Of a stretch of 64,000 nt of DNA, positions 19,987 through 30,616 are shown piece by piece. Made by a program: the position numbers and the translations under genes. How positions within the stretch are numbered: position 1 is the stretch's first letter; each line of letters opens with the position of its first letter. The notes under the pieces are model-generated. The model was given only the letters and a program-made list of their open reading frames with translations, was not told the DNA's origin and ran no database searches. Source of the DNA: Syntrophales bacterium (GTDB lineage Bacteria > Desulfobacterota > Syntrophia > Syntrophales > UBA2210); the NCBI GenBank assembly GCA_963662405.2, contig CAXXKT010000001.1, forward strand, positions 928,001 through 992,000, given 5' to 3'.

Positions 19987-20682
19987 TCATGCCTCAATCA
20001 TTTCGAATGAAAATTCCGAAAGGGACCGCACCTTGAAGTCGGCCTCGTTGAACCGCAGATCGTCGTACTGGTCCGGCGCGGGGACGGCAACGACGGTCAT
20101 CTTCGCGGATTTCGCGGCGCGTACCCCCAGAAGTGAATCCTCAAAGACCAGGCAGGCAGCGGGATCGACGGCCAACTGCTCGGCCGTCCGCAGGTAGACC
20201 GCGGGGTCCGGTTTTCCCAGGGCATCCGCGTCTGCGGAGCAGAGGACCTGAAAGAAATCACGAATCGTCAGTTTGTCGACGACTGCCTCGATCAGGCCGA
20301 AGGGAGAAGATGAGGCAATGGCGAGTCGCAGCTGCGCCCCCCGCAGGTGCTCCAGGATCTCGCGCACTCCCCGCAGGGGCCTTCCCTCTTCCGAAACCAT
20401 CCGCTGCATGGCCGTGAGGACCTCTTCCTCGACCTGACGGGGGCTCTTCCCTGCCCACGAAAATTCCTTGTACCAGTGCGCGACGACCTCGTCGAGGCGC
20501 AGCCCCATCGTCCCGATGCACATCTCCCTGGTAAGATCGATCCCTACACTCCCGAATACCTCCCGTTCGGCCCGCCGCCAGAGGGGCTCGGAATCGATCA
20601 GGACACCATCCATATCAAAGATCGCCGCCTGAAAGGGAAACGTCGCGCGCGGAGACGGGTTGAACGGGGCGTTCATGCTCAT
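19987..20682 (-). CDS. HAD phosphatase (HxpB/YniC-like)
   Basis: AIFDMDGVLIDSEPLW, IASSS, GKPDPAVY and FEDSLLGV. Confidence 0.88.
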   Translation of the reverse strand: MSMNAPFNPSPRATFPFQAAIFDMDGVLIDSEPLWRRAEREVFGSVGIDLTREMCIGTMGLRLDEVVAHWYKEFSWAGKSPRQVEEEVLTAMQRMVSEEGRPLRGVREILEHLRGAQLRLAIASSSPFGLIEAVVDKLTIRDFFQVLCSADADALGKPDPAVYLRTAEQLAVDPAACLVFEDSLLGVRAAKSAKMTVVAVPAPDQYDDLRFNEADFKVRSLSEFSFEMIEA

Positions 20683-21452
20683 TTTTCTACCTGATGCAGT
20701 TCTTTGCTCCGGTCCTTCGAGAGATCGACCGCCTTGAATCCCTCCCCTTCCGTGGGGAGGACCATGAGAAACTCGTTGCAGCGGTCGACGGCGCAGGTAC
20801 CGGTACCGGTCTCGAGGGCGAGGATATGGCCGCCCCAGGTGCGGTCATCGCTGATGAAGTGGAGGTGATACCCGGGGACATTGATTCCCTTCACGTAGGC
20901 CGGACACCGGAACCCGACAATCGTCCCGGAAATGTGGTTCTTTTCAAAGATGCTCTGATTCCTGGTGATCTCGGCGAGGGGGGGATAGGGCTTGTCTTGG
21001 GCGGGGACGCTCCGCGTCTTCATGTACGTGAAGGTCCCGGTGACCTTGATCGCGTAAAAGAGATTCTTGTTCGCGATGGATGCGTCGATCTCCTGTGTTA
21101 TCTGATCGAAATCCATACCATTCTTGATATCGAAGGTGTGATCAGCCTCGAACCGGCAGACGGAGGCGAAGGGCGTGGTCACTGTCCCGGCCGGTGTGTA
21201 GACCTTCCCGTCCACCTTGACCTGATACACCGTGCCGTCGAATACCACCATCTCCCCCTCGAGGCGGTCGAAGGTCCCGATCCCGAAGTCTCCGTATTCC
21301 AGCAGTTTGCTGCAGGGCATCGCGCCGTCATACACCCCGGCGACCAGGGCGTCGATCGTCGACACCTGCATGACGGTGTCCTGGGCGGGGGCCTGAGCAC
21401 CGAAAAGTAAAAGAAAAAGACAGAGGATTCCAGCAATATACCTTTTCATCAT
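20679..21452 (-). CDS. budA: Alpha-acetolactate decarboxylase with an N-terminal signal peptide
   Basis: QVSTIDALVAGVYDG, GDFGIGTF..LEGEM, TPFA, RSVP and GYHLHFI...GGH. Confidence 0.9.
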   Translation of the reverse strand: MMKRYIAGILCLFLLLFGAQAPAQDTVMQVSTIDALVAGVYDGAMPCSKLLEYGDFGIGTFDRLEGEMVVFDGTVYQVKVDGKVYTPAGTVTTPFASVCRFEADHTFDIKNGMDFDQITQEIDASIANKNLFYAIKVTGTFTYMKTRSVPAQDKPYPPLAEITRNQSIFEKNHISGTIVGFRCPAYVKGINVPGYHLHFISDDRTWGGHILALETGTGTCAVDRCNEFLMVLPTEGEGFKAVDLSKDRSKELHQVEK

Positions 21453-21578
21453 GCATCTCCTTATTTGAGTTATGTGCGGGCGTACTGTAGCATACTTCAC
21501 CCCGCGTCGTCATGGGTTACATGCACTTGCATTGTCTCCCTTATCGGCATTTTTATGAAATGATTGAATATTGTTTCT

Positions 21579-21944
21579 CTATCTTGTGCGATGCCGGACG
21601 AGCAGCCACCCATATGTCACCAGGTTGATCACAATCACGAAGGACCCCAAAATGAGTTGGATTTCCCTGGTCAGGGCCGATGGGTACAGGACCGGCAAGA
21701 GGTAGTGTTCTATGAAACCCCCGGCATACCCGGCCTGCCCGGCCGCCTGCCTGAACCGCTGTTCCAGCGGCGTGAGCGGGCAGATCCACCCCTGAAACTC
21801 GATGAGTGCCCCCCATAGGGCAGCGGGGATATGGAGGAATAGAACCCATCGCCATCGCCAGACCAGAAAACCGCCCAGCACCACGAAACAGATAAATCCG
21901 AGGTGGAGAAGCAGGACCACGTACGTGGCGATCCAGCACATCAT
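21579..21944 (-). CDS. DUF2784-family membrane protein
   Basis: HLGFICFVVLGG, LHIPAALWG, ICPLTPLE and GFIEHYLLPVLYP. Confidence 0.85.
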   Translation of the reverse strand: MMCWIATYVVLLLHLGFICFVVLGGFLVWRWRWVLFLHIPAALWGALIEFQGWICPLTPLEQRFRQAAGQAGYAGGFIEHYLLPVLYPSALTREIQLILGSFVIVINLVTYGWLLVRHRTR

Positions 21945-21987
21945 CGTATCTTACCGTATTTCCTTTTAATTCACCAATAAACCGTTT

Positions 21988-22614
21988 TTAGCCCAGGGGG
22001 ATGACGGCAAAAATGACGGCGCTCCACAGGGAGTGCGAGATAATGACCGGCAGCAGGTTACGGAGACGCCAGTACATCGCCCCCCAGAAGGCACCGGCGA
22101 CGGCGGCGGCCCCGATCAGCATGAGATTGAAGGACCACAGGTGCACTCCGGCGTAGATCACGGTGGTCAGGACCCACCCTCTGCATCCCCCGAATCGTTC
22201 CATCAGGCTGCCCTGCACAAAGCCACGCCAGTACAGTTCCTCGCAGGGCCCGGTCACGAAGAGGAGCAGAAGGATGATAATCCACTGCGGGGTCCCCGCC
22301 CCCCTGCCGTAGACCCCCCCGATCTGACGCTCCGCAAAGGGGAAGAGGGTCGTCGAGATCTCCTTCCCCGCCCAGAAGATCAGGTACAGGACCACAGCGG
22401 AGACCAGACCGATCAGGAGCGTTTTCGTATCAAAACGGAGGCGATCCCCGGAGACCGGTCGTATCCACCAGGAAACGGCTGCCAGCGACGACGCGGAGAG
22501 GCTGATTTTGATCCAAAAGGTGCTGAATGACAGGGAAAAGGTGGCATACCAGAAGAGATTGGCCAGAAGAATCGTTACCAGTAACATGGTCCATGGGGGG
22601 CGTTTCCAGTCCAT
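21988..22614 (-). CDS. CPBP (CAAX/Abi) intramembrane protease
   Basis: EELYWRG, YAGVH and ISHSLW. Confidence 0.88.
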   Translation of the reverse strand: MDWKRPPWTMLLVTILLANLFWYATFSLSFSTFWIKISLSASSLAAVSWWIRPVSGDRLRFDTKTLLIGLVSAVVLYLIFWAGKEISTTLFPFAERQIGGVYGRGAGTPQWIIILLLLFVTGPCEELYWRGFVQGSLMERFGGCRGWVLTTVIYAGVHLWSFNLMLIGAAAVAGAFWGAMYWRLRNLLPVIISHSLWSAVIFAVIPLG

Positions 22615-22707
22615 AGCACTACCTAAAGGTTCGATGTTTCTATAAAAGACCCGCCAACAGCCGGGACGCTGTTACCAGTAACGTCTCCCGCGCCATCCCT
22701 CCCTTTC

Positions 22708-23595
22708 TCACGTCAATCTCCCGATCAAGAGTGAGATGAGAAGGAGGATACCGAATGCCGTATTGAGTTTTGCCGTCTGTGCGTCGGCGTCCTGAGGGGG
22801 ATTTTGTATCATTTTCCTGAGCAGACTGAAAAAGAGGGGAATCGACAGGAGCACCAGGAGAGACCACGGATTCAGGGGACCCGCAAAGGCCATCACCGCC
22901 ACCGACAGGTACGCAAAAGTAACCATACCGATGTAGACCCATATCCCCTTGCGCGTTCCCGTTATGGTCGACAGGGTGGCAATTCCCCTTCCCCGGTCAT
23001 CCGCGGTGTCCCGGAGGTTATTGGCGAAGAGGACCAGCGCGACCAGCACACCGAAGGGGACCGAGGCCCACAGGGCATCCAGACTCAGGGTTTGCCGCTG
23101 CACGAAGTACGCCCCCTCCACCATCAACGGTCCCCACATGAGAAAGACGGAAAATTCTCCTAATGCTATATATTTATATCTGAACGGAGGGGCCGTGTAA
23201 AAGATCCCGGCAAAGGCCCCAATCAGCGCCAGAACCAGGATGGTCCATCCTCTCGTGACCGCAAGGAAGAGACCGATCGATGCGGCAAGCGCGAAAAGAC
23301 ACACCGCCTCGATCATAACCTCGGTGAGGGTCAGGGCCCCCTCGGCGAGGGGGTGCGGTCGATATTGCGCGGTTGAGACCTCCACGGTGTCCACGCCGCT
23401 CAGTATGTCAAAGTAATCATTGACAAGATTTGCCGCACCGTGCATGAAGATCACACCAGAGACGGTGAGCAGATAGAGGCCCCATGAAAACCCGCCATCC
23501 ATGGCTGCCATCAGCGCGCCCACACTGATCGAGACGGCCGTCATCGTGAAAGACCACGGCCTGGCGGCCAGAAACCACTTTTTATACGTGTGCAT
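22708..23595 (-). CDS. menA: UbiA/MenA-family prenyltransferase
   Basis: ARPWSF, NLVNDYFD..SGVD, YTAPP..KY..LGE and NNLRD..DD...G..TL. Confidence 0.8.
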   Translation of the reverse strand: MHTYKKWFLAARPWSFTMTAVSISVGALMAAMDGGFSWGLYLLTVSGVIFMHGAANLVNDYFDILSGVDTVEVSTAQYRPHPLAEGALTLTEVMIEAVCLFALAASIGLFLAVTRGWTILVLALIGAFAGIFYTAPPFRYKYIALGEFSVFLMWGPLMVEGAYFVQRQTLSLDALWASVPFGVLVALVLFANNLRDTADDRGRGIATLSTITGTRKGIWVYIGMVTFAYLSVAVMAFAGPLNPWSLLVLLSIPLFFSLLRKMIQNPPQDADAQTAKLNTAFGILLLISLLIGRLT

Positions 23596-23733
23596 GCCGT
23601 TTCGCTCCCCCCGTCCCGGCTGAACCACAAGACACCCTTCGATTGTGAGATTCATACCCGATCCGCATGCTCTATTCAAGTATTTTCAGGTCATTGTACG
23701 GCTTCGGCGGTGGGAAAGTCCCTCGTGATCGAT

Positions 23734-24081
23734 CTACATAATGCCGGGCGAAAAGACATCGTATATCACGAGGGTAGCGGTCACCGCGAATATGCGGTGA
23801 CGGGTACCCCGCGGGACGCGCACCACAACCCCTTGATACAGTTCTATATTTCCGGTACCGTCCACCCACATTGTCGCCGTACCGGAGAGGATACAGAGGA
23901 TATCTTCACTGTTTTCGTGGATATGTTCCGGCACCTCAACACCAACGGGGATCCGTACCGTAATGATGGACGGACTGTCCGGCCCGAACTGCGCCTGTGT
24001 TATCACCTTTTGAACGGAGAGATCCGGCACCGTCGGGTGGTCATCCCACGGCAGATCCTTCATATCGCAGTATATATCCAC
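23734..24081 (-). CDS. Cupin-domain protein
   Basis: AGGAG RBS then GTG at 24081; PEHIHENSE...LSG...VPRGTRH. The ORF track fuses it to the upstream permease through a frameshift. Confidence 0.8.
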   Translation of the reverse strand: MDIYCDMKDLPWDDHPTVPDLSVQKVITQAQFGPDSPSIITVRIPVGVEVPEHIHENSEDILCILSGTATMWVDGTGNIELYQGVVVRVPRGTRHRIFAVTATLVIYDVFSPGIM

Positions 24082-24266
24082 TGGCAGACTCCTTTCTTTA
24101 TGGATGGACACCGCAAATAACCCACATATCTCATGCGCACCGGTCATCCGGCGGATGCTGTGGAACCTTTTTACTTCTTTAGCAGACGATCTGCGTTTGT
24201 TCAACCGGCAATAACACGTCGGGTGAAGGGAGTGAAGATACGCCCGACCACCTTCATAACCAATAG

Positions 24267-25374
24267 TTATTTCAATGTTTTTCTGAATCGTTTCGAGGCG
24301 AGAACGAGAAAACCGACCGCCAGCGTCAGCTGGGCCGCTGCCGCCGGCCACAGAATCTCGATTCCCACCCCTTTCATGACCACCCCCGCGCAGGATTTCC
24401 AGGTACCAGCGCATTGGATTGAACCAGGTGACATACTGCACCACCTGCGGCATGTTGTGGATGGGGAACATAAACCCGCTCAAGAGGACGCACGGCATGA
24501 TGATGAAAAAGGCGGTCAACAGGGCCTGCTGTTGCGTGTCGGCGCTGGCGCTTACCAGGAGGGCAAGCCCCAGATTGCCGCACAGGTAGATCCCCGTCAG
24601 GCCGTAGAGGAGAAGGATACTCCCGTGAATACGGACATCAAAGACCAGTACGGCCAGGATAAACATCAGGGTCATGGAGATATACCCGGTGATGACGTAC
24701 GGAATCGTCTTCCCCAGGATAAATTCCATCTTGCGGATCGGGGTCACCATCACCTGTTCGATGGTCCCGATCTCCTTTTCCTTGACGACACCGATGCTGG
24801 TGAGCATGAGGCTGAACACCAGGAGCATGACGGCGATAAGGGCCGGCACATAGTACAGGGGGCTCTCCTGATTGGGATTGAACCAGGCGCGGATCGCCAA
24901 CGCGAGCGGAGCGGTACCGGCCCGTTTCCCCTGCAACCGCTCGTTGAAACCGGCAATGATTCCATCGGCATAGCCGAGGATGATCGCGGTAGTATTGCTG
25001 TCCGTTCCGTCGACCATCAGTTGCACCGGCGCCGAACGGCCCGCCCGGATATCGCCGGCGAATCCGGCGGGAATCCGGAGTCCGGCCCGTACCGCTCCCC
25101 GGTCCAGGAGCCGGGTCATCTGATCCATCGATTCCACCTGGCGGATGATCTGGAAATAGCCCCCGCCGGTAAAGGCGCTGAGCAGTTCGCGGGAGACCGG
25201 GGTCCGGTCCCGATCGAGGACGGTCATGCGCACTCGTGTCACATCCGTGGTCAGGGCGAATGCCATCACCAGCATCTGCATCACCGGCAAACCAAAGACA
25301 ACCAGGCGCATGCGCCGGTCCCGCATCATCTGCAGAAATTCCTTGACGAGCATCCGTTTCAGTCGTGTCAGCAT
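24267..25374 (-). CDS. ABC-2 permease (YbhR-like) with a +1 frameshift at 24383-24387
   Basis: KEFLQMMRD, VDGTDSN, EKEIGTIEQVMVTP and LSGFMFPI. Removing one G restores ...LRGVVMKGVGIEILWP...KRFRKTLK*. Confidence 0.85.
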
Positions 25375-25378
25375 ACCG

Positions 25379-26518
25379 TTACTCCAGACGCAGCTTCAAC
25401 CGTTTGTTGGCCGCCATGATCAGGACGGCGGCGTAGATGCACAGCAACAGCGCGTTCAGCCACAGGATCTCCAGACCGATCCCTTTCATGTAGATCCCCC
25501 GCATGATGGGGATGAAATACCGCGCCGGGACGATGTAGGTCAGGGCCTGGAGGAGGGGAGGCATGTTTTCGATGGCGAAGACGAACCCGCTGAGGATCAG
25601 GGTCGGGAGAAATCCGGCGACGATCGCGATCTGGTTGGCCAATACCTGTGATTTCAAGGTGATGCTCAGAGTCATCCCCAGGAAAAGCGCGCCGGTCAGA
25701 AAGAGGGCGGCCATGGCAAAGAGGAGGGCCGGGCTCCCCCGCAGGGGGACATGGAAGAGCCATTCCCCGAGGGCGACGGCGATGGCGACATCAATCATCC
25801 CGATTACAAAATACGGGATTACCTTCCCGAAGATGAGTTCGTGTCCTCGAATCGGCGTACTGATCAACTGCTCCATGGTCCCGGTTTCCCACTCCCGGGC
25901 GATAGTGACGCTGGTCAGCATGGCGGCGATCACCATCATGACGATCGCCACGATCCCGGGGAGGATCATGTTCTGGCTGCGCATGGCGGCGTTGTACCAG
26001 ACCCGGGGAACCAGCTCGACGGAACCCGCCCGGCGCTGCCCCTGGGGAGTGAACGCCAGAGCGGCGGCACGAATCTTTCTGTTATAGATCATCCCGATGC
26101 CCCGCGTGTAGGTCGCCGCCAGCCGGGAGGTGGTGGCGTCGCTGCCGTCCACAATGGCCTGGATGGTCACGGTCCGTCCGGCACGGATCTTTCCGGCAAA
26201 ATCCCCCGGTATCACCAGGGCGATCATCGCCTTTCCCGCGTCGATCTCTCGCTTCAGGGGGGCGTAGCCGTCATGGAACCCCTTGATGGAGAAGTAAGGT
26301 GAACCATCAAAGAGACTCAGGAGTTCCCGGCTTTCGGGGGTACGTGATTGGTCCCATATCACCGTGGGGACCTTCTTCAGGTCGAGCGTGAGCGCGTAGC
26401 CGAAGAGCAGGATCAGCACCAGGGGGATCGCGATCGCCAGGAAGAGACTGCGCCAGTCCCTGAGGACGTGGATGAATTCCGTGCGGGCCACGGCGGTCGT
26501 GCGGCGCAGGTTAATCAT
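25379..26518 (-). CDS. ABC-2 permease (YbhS-like)
   Basis: EFIHVLRD, REWETGTMEQLISTP and LSGFVFAIENMP. Confidence 0.9.
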   Translation of the reverse strand: MINLRRTTAVARTEFIHVLRDWRSLFLAIAIPLVLILLFGYALTLDLKKVPTVIWDQSRTPESRELLSLFDGSPYFSIKGFHDGYAPLKREIDAGKAMIALVIPGDFAGKIRAGRTVTIQAIVDGSDATTSRLAATYTRGIGMIYNRKIRAAALAFTPQGQRRAGSVELVPRVWYNAAMRSQNMILPGIVAIVMMVIAAMLTSVTIAREWETGTMEQLISTPIRGHELIFGKVIPYFVIGMIDVAIAVALGEWLFHVPLRGSPALLFAMAALFLTGALFLGMTLSITLKSQVLANQIAIVAGFLPTLILSGFVFAIENMPPLLQALTYIVPARYFIPIMRGIYMKGIGLEILWLNALLLCIYAAVLIMAANKRLKLRLE

Positions 26519-28443
26519 GGACCCCTCCCCGCTCCGCCCGATCAAAGGCCTCGATGACCGAGACGAAGACATCCTCCATGCCGGGGGTCACCGGCTCAAT
26601 GCGCTCCGCCGTTGCCTGCACGGCAGCCAACAGGTCCCGTATCTGCGCGGTCGCGGCGTCGGTGTCGGTACAGACGACATGGAGCCCCGCCCCGAAGAGG
26701 GACACATCGTGCACGGCCGGGAGAGAGGCAACCTTCTCAAGGATATCCTGCGGGTCGGCGCACCGTACATCCAGGATCCGGTCGCGTATGACCGTGGATT
26801 TCAGCTCCCGGGGGGAACCGAGGGCGATCATCTTGCCGTGGTAGATCAGGGCGACCCGGTCGCAGTACTCCGCCTCCTCCATATAGTGGGTGGTGACAAA
26901 GACCGTCACGCCGCGGTCGGCCATATGGTAGATCAGATCCCAGAAGCGACGGCGGCTGAGGGGATCGACCCCGCTGGTCGGCTCGTCAAGGAAGATAATC
27001 GGCGGTTCGTGGAGGATGGCGCAGGCCAGTGCCAGCCGCTGGCGCCACCCGCCGCTGAGTACCGCGGTGAGGCTGCGCCGCCGCTCCCCAAGACCGGCCA
27101 TCGTCACGGCCCAGTCCCTTCGTTCGGTCATTCGCTTTCCCTCGAGCCCGTAGATCCCCCCGTAGAAATCGATGTTCTCTTCGACGGTCAGGTCTTCGTA
27201 AAGGGAAAATTTCTGGCTCATGTAGCCGATATGCCGCTTGATCTGCTCGCTCTCCCGCCCGATATCGTAGCCGGCGACGGTCCCTTCCCCCGCACTGGGT
27301 CGCAACAGCCCGCACAGCATGCGGATCGTGGTGCTCTTTCCCGCCCCGTTGGGGCCCAGGAAACCGAATATCTCCCCCCGTGGTACCTGAAAACTCACCC
27401 GGTCCACGGCCACGAACCGGCCGAAACGACGGGTCAGGTCCTGCACCTCGACGGCGACACCGTCGGGAGGGGGAACGCCGGTCGGGCTCTCATCCGCGAT
27501 TATAAGGGGTGTTTCCCGGCCGAGGACACTGACGAAGACATCCTCCAGGGAAGGAGCCGCTTCGCGCATATCTCCGGCGGGGAGGTCGTGGTCGTCGAGG
27601 AGGCGCTTCACCATAGTGCGGGGTGGTCTCCACGTCGTCACAGACCACGTGTACCGTATCCCCGAAGACCGTCGTGCTGTCGGCGGGGAGGTGACGCGTC
27701 ACAATCCGGCTGATGGCCCGGGCCTGATCACTGCGAATACTCAGGATCCGTCCGCTCATGAGGCCCCGGATCTCTCCGGGGGAACCGGCGGCCAGAAGGC
27801 TACCCTCACTGATCAACCCCACCCGGTTGCACCGTTCGGCCTCGTCGAGATAGGCGGTGGTGACCAGAATCGCCACATCCTGCTGCAACAACTGATAGAG
27901 GATGCGCCAGAATTCCCTGCGACTCACGGGGTCTACGCCGTTGGTGGGTTCGTCGAGAAGCAGGACCTGCGGGGTGTGGATCAGGGCACAGATCAGCTGC
28001 AGTTTCTGCTTCATGCCCCCGGACAGATCCCCGGCCCGGCGACCGGTGAAGGGTGCCATCCGGCTGAACGCGAGGAGTTCTTTCATCCGTCCCGCACGGT
28101 CCCGGCGAGACACACCATACAGATCGGCGTAATAGTCTATGTTTTCCCGAACGGTCAGGTCCGGGTACAGGCCGAACCGCTGGCTCATATAGGCCAGTCG
28201 GTCCCTGCCATTCCCGGGATCGGTGATCAGATCGCACCCGGCCATACGGATTTCGCCCGCCGTCGGGGACATGATCCCCGCCAGCATCCGCAGGGTCGTG
28301 GTCTTCCCGGCACCGTCCGGCCCGACGAGGCCGAAGATTTCGCCCGGCCCGACGGATAGATCGAGGGAATCGACCGCCGTCAGGTCCCCAAATAGCCGGG
28401 TGAGGCCCCGGGCATGGATGACGGCCTCCGCCGGGATGGTCAT
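26511..28443 (-). CDS. Double-ATPase ABC subunit (YbhF-like), split by a +1 frameshift at 27620-27623
   Basis: Domain 1: GPDGAGKT/LSGGMKQK/DEPT. Domain 2: GPNGAGKS/LSGGWRQR/DEPT. Removing one C joins ...DDVETT-RTMVKRLL...PSLEDVF into one ORF. Confidence 0.82.
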
Positions 28444-28447
28444 GGCG

Positions 28448-29482
28448 TTATTCCTCTCCTTCGATGATCGCGTCGGCGGGCATGCCGGGCTTCAGTCGAT
28501 GCGCCGGGTTTTCCAGGTCGATCTTGATCCGGTACATGAGTTTGATCCGTTCCTCAAAGGTCTGAACGGTCTTGGGGGTAAATTCCGCTTCACTGCTGAT
28601 AAAACTGATGCGGCCGAGGAAGCGTTCGTCCGGAAACGTGTCCGTGACGACAGCGACCTTCCGTCCCAGCCGCAGTCGGCCGAGATCGGTTTCGTTGACA
28701 TAGGCCCGCAGCCAGGGATGATCCATATCCCCGACGGTGACCACCGGCATGCCGGGTGAGAGATATGCGCCGACCTCGGCGGATTTATTGAGAACAATCC
28801 CGGCGATGGGGGACAGAAGTTCCATGTCCGCCAGTTGCTGACGGGCGAGGGCTAGACCCTGACTGGCGACGCCGACGCGCGCCCGGGCGGCGTCGATTGT
28901 TTCCCGACGAGGTCCCTCTTTCACCAGATCGAGCCGTTCACGGACACTGGCGACAAGGGCCTTTGCCTCGGCATCGGCGCCCTGGGCGGCCTTGTAGCGG
29001 GTTTCGTACAGCTCGAAATCCCGTTGGGATATTCCCCCAACCGTGAAGAGCTCGGAGAAACGCTCATAATCCGCTCTCGCCTGCCGGAGTTCGGCACGGA
29101 CCGTGCGGGCGGTCGCCTGCGCCCGCTCAAGCTCGGCCTGGACATTGGCAATTTCCTGGGGACGGCTCCCGGCTTCGAGCTCGGCGAGCATCGCCTCCAT
29201 CTGTGCCACCTCCGCGACTGCCCGGTCCACCACGCGTTCCTGATCGGCCCGATCGAGGCCTGCCACCAGTTCGCCCTTTCCCACGGCATCCCCCTCGTCA
29301 ACCAGCCGCTCGACCAGCCGCCCCGGGACCTTGAAAGAGAGCGGCACCTCGGTTACCTCGATATTGCCGGAGGTCATCAGGCGGCCCGGGTGAGGCGTCT
29401 CGCGAAAACCGAATGTATAGAAAGCCGCCCCCACGGCGGCAAACAGGAAAATGGTCAAGACAATACGCACCGGCTTTTTCAT
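28448..29482 (-). CDS. HlyD-family membrane fusion protein (YbhG-like)
   Basis: N-terminal TM, SGNIE, VDEGD, coiled coil, AEFTPKTVQT and LKPGMPAD. Confidence 0.9.
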   Translation of the reverse strand: MKKPVRIVLTIFLFAAVGAAFYTFGFRETPHPGRLMTSGNIEVTEVPLSFKVPGRLVERLVDEGDAVGKGELVAGLDRADQERVVDRAVAEVAQMEAMLAELEAGSRPQEIANVQAELERAQATARTVRAELRQARADYERFSELFTVGGISQRDFELYETRYKAAQGADAEAKALVASVRERLDLVKEGPRRETIDAARARVGVASQGLALARQQLADMELLSPIAGIVLNKSAEVGAYLSPGMPVVTVGDMDHPWLRAYVNETDLGRLRLGRKVAVVTDTFPDERFLGRISFISSEAEFTPKTVQTFEERIKLMYRIKIDLENPAHRLKPGMPADAIIEGEE

Positions 29483-29498
29483 ACAGCCTCCTTTCAAC

Positions 29499-30185
29499 CT
29501 AACGACTCTGTTCCGTTCGACCATCGCGTTCCGTGGCAGAGGGAACGATCGTCCGACGGATCATGGCGATCCCACCCAACGAAAAGCGAAAGATGTGTTC
29601 GGCCAGTTTCTCGATATGATCTTCCACCGGATTGTTTTCCGGCGCCATGCGGGCAATTACAGGCTGGGCGTAAACGTAGTGAAAACACTGGCTTACAATG
29701 CTCAAGGCGCAGGCCTGAGCGAGGCGGCGATCTGTTCCGGGTCCCAGCAGTTCCATGACGATCCCCACCAGTATCTCCTTGTGGGGCTTGATATGGTTTT
29801 CGAGGATTCCGTCGAGGGTCGGAGAGGGATCGGTCAACTCCTTGACCATCATCCGTGCCCGTCCATGATATCCCCCCCATCCCTCCGTGCTGAGGAGCCG
29901 CAAACACAGTGCTTTCACAAAGGCCCGCAGGCGCACCTCGGGGCTGTCGCCCGCCGTGGTCCCCATCTCGGACGGGAAACGATCAAAACCGAAGGTCAGG
30001 AGTTCCTCGATCACCGCGCTGTAGAGACCCTGCTTGCCGCGGAAATAATAGTTGACTGCAGCGATATTGGCTCCGGCCGCCTCGGCAATCTGGCGCACGG
30101 TGGCCGTTCTGAACCCCTTTTGCCCAAAGATATCCCCGGCTGCCTCAAGAATCCGCTCCCGGGTTCCCATTGCCTGTTCCGCCAC
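29499..30185 (-). CDS. TetR-family regulator (CecR/YbiH-like)
   Basis: TRERILEAA..F...GF..ATVRQIA..AGANIAAVNYYFRGKQGLY; first gene of the efflux cluster. Confidence 0.88.
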   Translation of the reverse strand: MAEQAMGTRERILEAAGDIFGQKGFRTATVRQIAEAAGANIAAVNYYFRGKQGLYSAVIEELLTFGFDRFPSEMGTTAGDSPEVRLRAFVKALCLRLLSTEGWGGYHGRARMMVKELTDPSPTLDGILENHIKPHKEILVGIVMELLGPGTDRRLAQACALSIVSQCFHYVYAQPVIARMAPENNPVEDHIEKLAEHIFRFSLGGIAMIRRTIVPSATERDGRTEQSR

Positions 30186-30209
30186 GCGGCACCTCCCGAA
30201 TCGATAGGG

Positions 30210-30248
30210 TTAAAACGATTGATTAAAACGTTTGTTCGTCTTTGTCAA
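30210..30248 (-). promoter_or_regulatory. Putative promoter/operator of the TetR-efflux operon
   Basis: TTGACA (30248-30243) next to tandem imperfect dyads aaacgattgatt and aaacgtttgttc. The -10 element is poorly spaced. Confidence 0.4.
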
Positions 30249-30312
30249 GAAACTTCGCCTCTGTCTCTGGGCAGTCATCGGATTCTTCATGCGAATTCAG
30301 TCAAAGTAAGCG

Positions 30313-30354
30313 AAAAAAAACGAAAAGGGCCCCGAAATAATTCGCAGCCCTTTC
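30313..30354 (-). terminator. Intrinsic terminator after tRNA-Val
   Basis: gaaagggctgcgaa...ttcggggccctttt followed by a T8 run on the minus strand. Confidence 0.75.
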
Positions 30355-30361
30355 ATTTTCA

Positions 30362-30436
30362 TGGTAGGCGGTACTGGATTTGAACCAGTGACTTCTACCG
30401 TGTGAAGGTAGCACTCTCCCACTGAGTTAACCGCCC
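30362..30436 (-). tRNA. tRNA-Val(CAC)
   Basis: GGGCGGTTAACTCAGTGGGAGAGTGCTACCTTCACACGGTAGAAGTCACTGGTTCAAATCCAGTACCGCCTACCA: cloverleaf, anticodon CAC, TTCAAAT T-loop and encoded CCA. Confidence 0.97.
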
Positions 30437-30616
30437 AAATGTGCCTCCGTAATATCCCAAAGAACGTTCTTTTTCAAGACAAAAATAGTGAAGCATGCCC
30501 ACAGGGGCCGTTTGAGAATTGCACCAATACGCAATTTCAGGTACACTTACCTTCACTGTCAGGGAAAGATGCACTATTGATTGCTTAATCCTATCGAGAG
30601 AAAGGAGGGTTTCAGC

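Noticed and set aside
22574..22682. Repeated dyad GTTACCAGTAAC at 22574-22585 and 22671-22682
   Set aside because: One copy is inside the CPBP coding sequence, and two 12-mers are too little to call an operator.
23734..25374. 546-aa ABC permease-cupin fusion in the ORF track
   Set aside because: The linker is out-of-frame permease C-terminus plus intergenic DNA. The cupin has its own RBS and start, and one base removal restores the normal permease end.
7441..30436. Integrative island anchored at tRNA-Val
   Set aside because: No integrase, no duplicated tRNA 3' end seen, and the tRNA is followed directly by its terminator.
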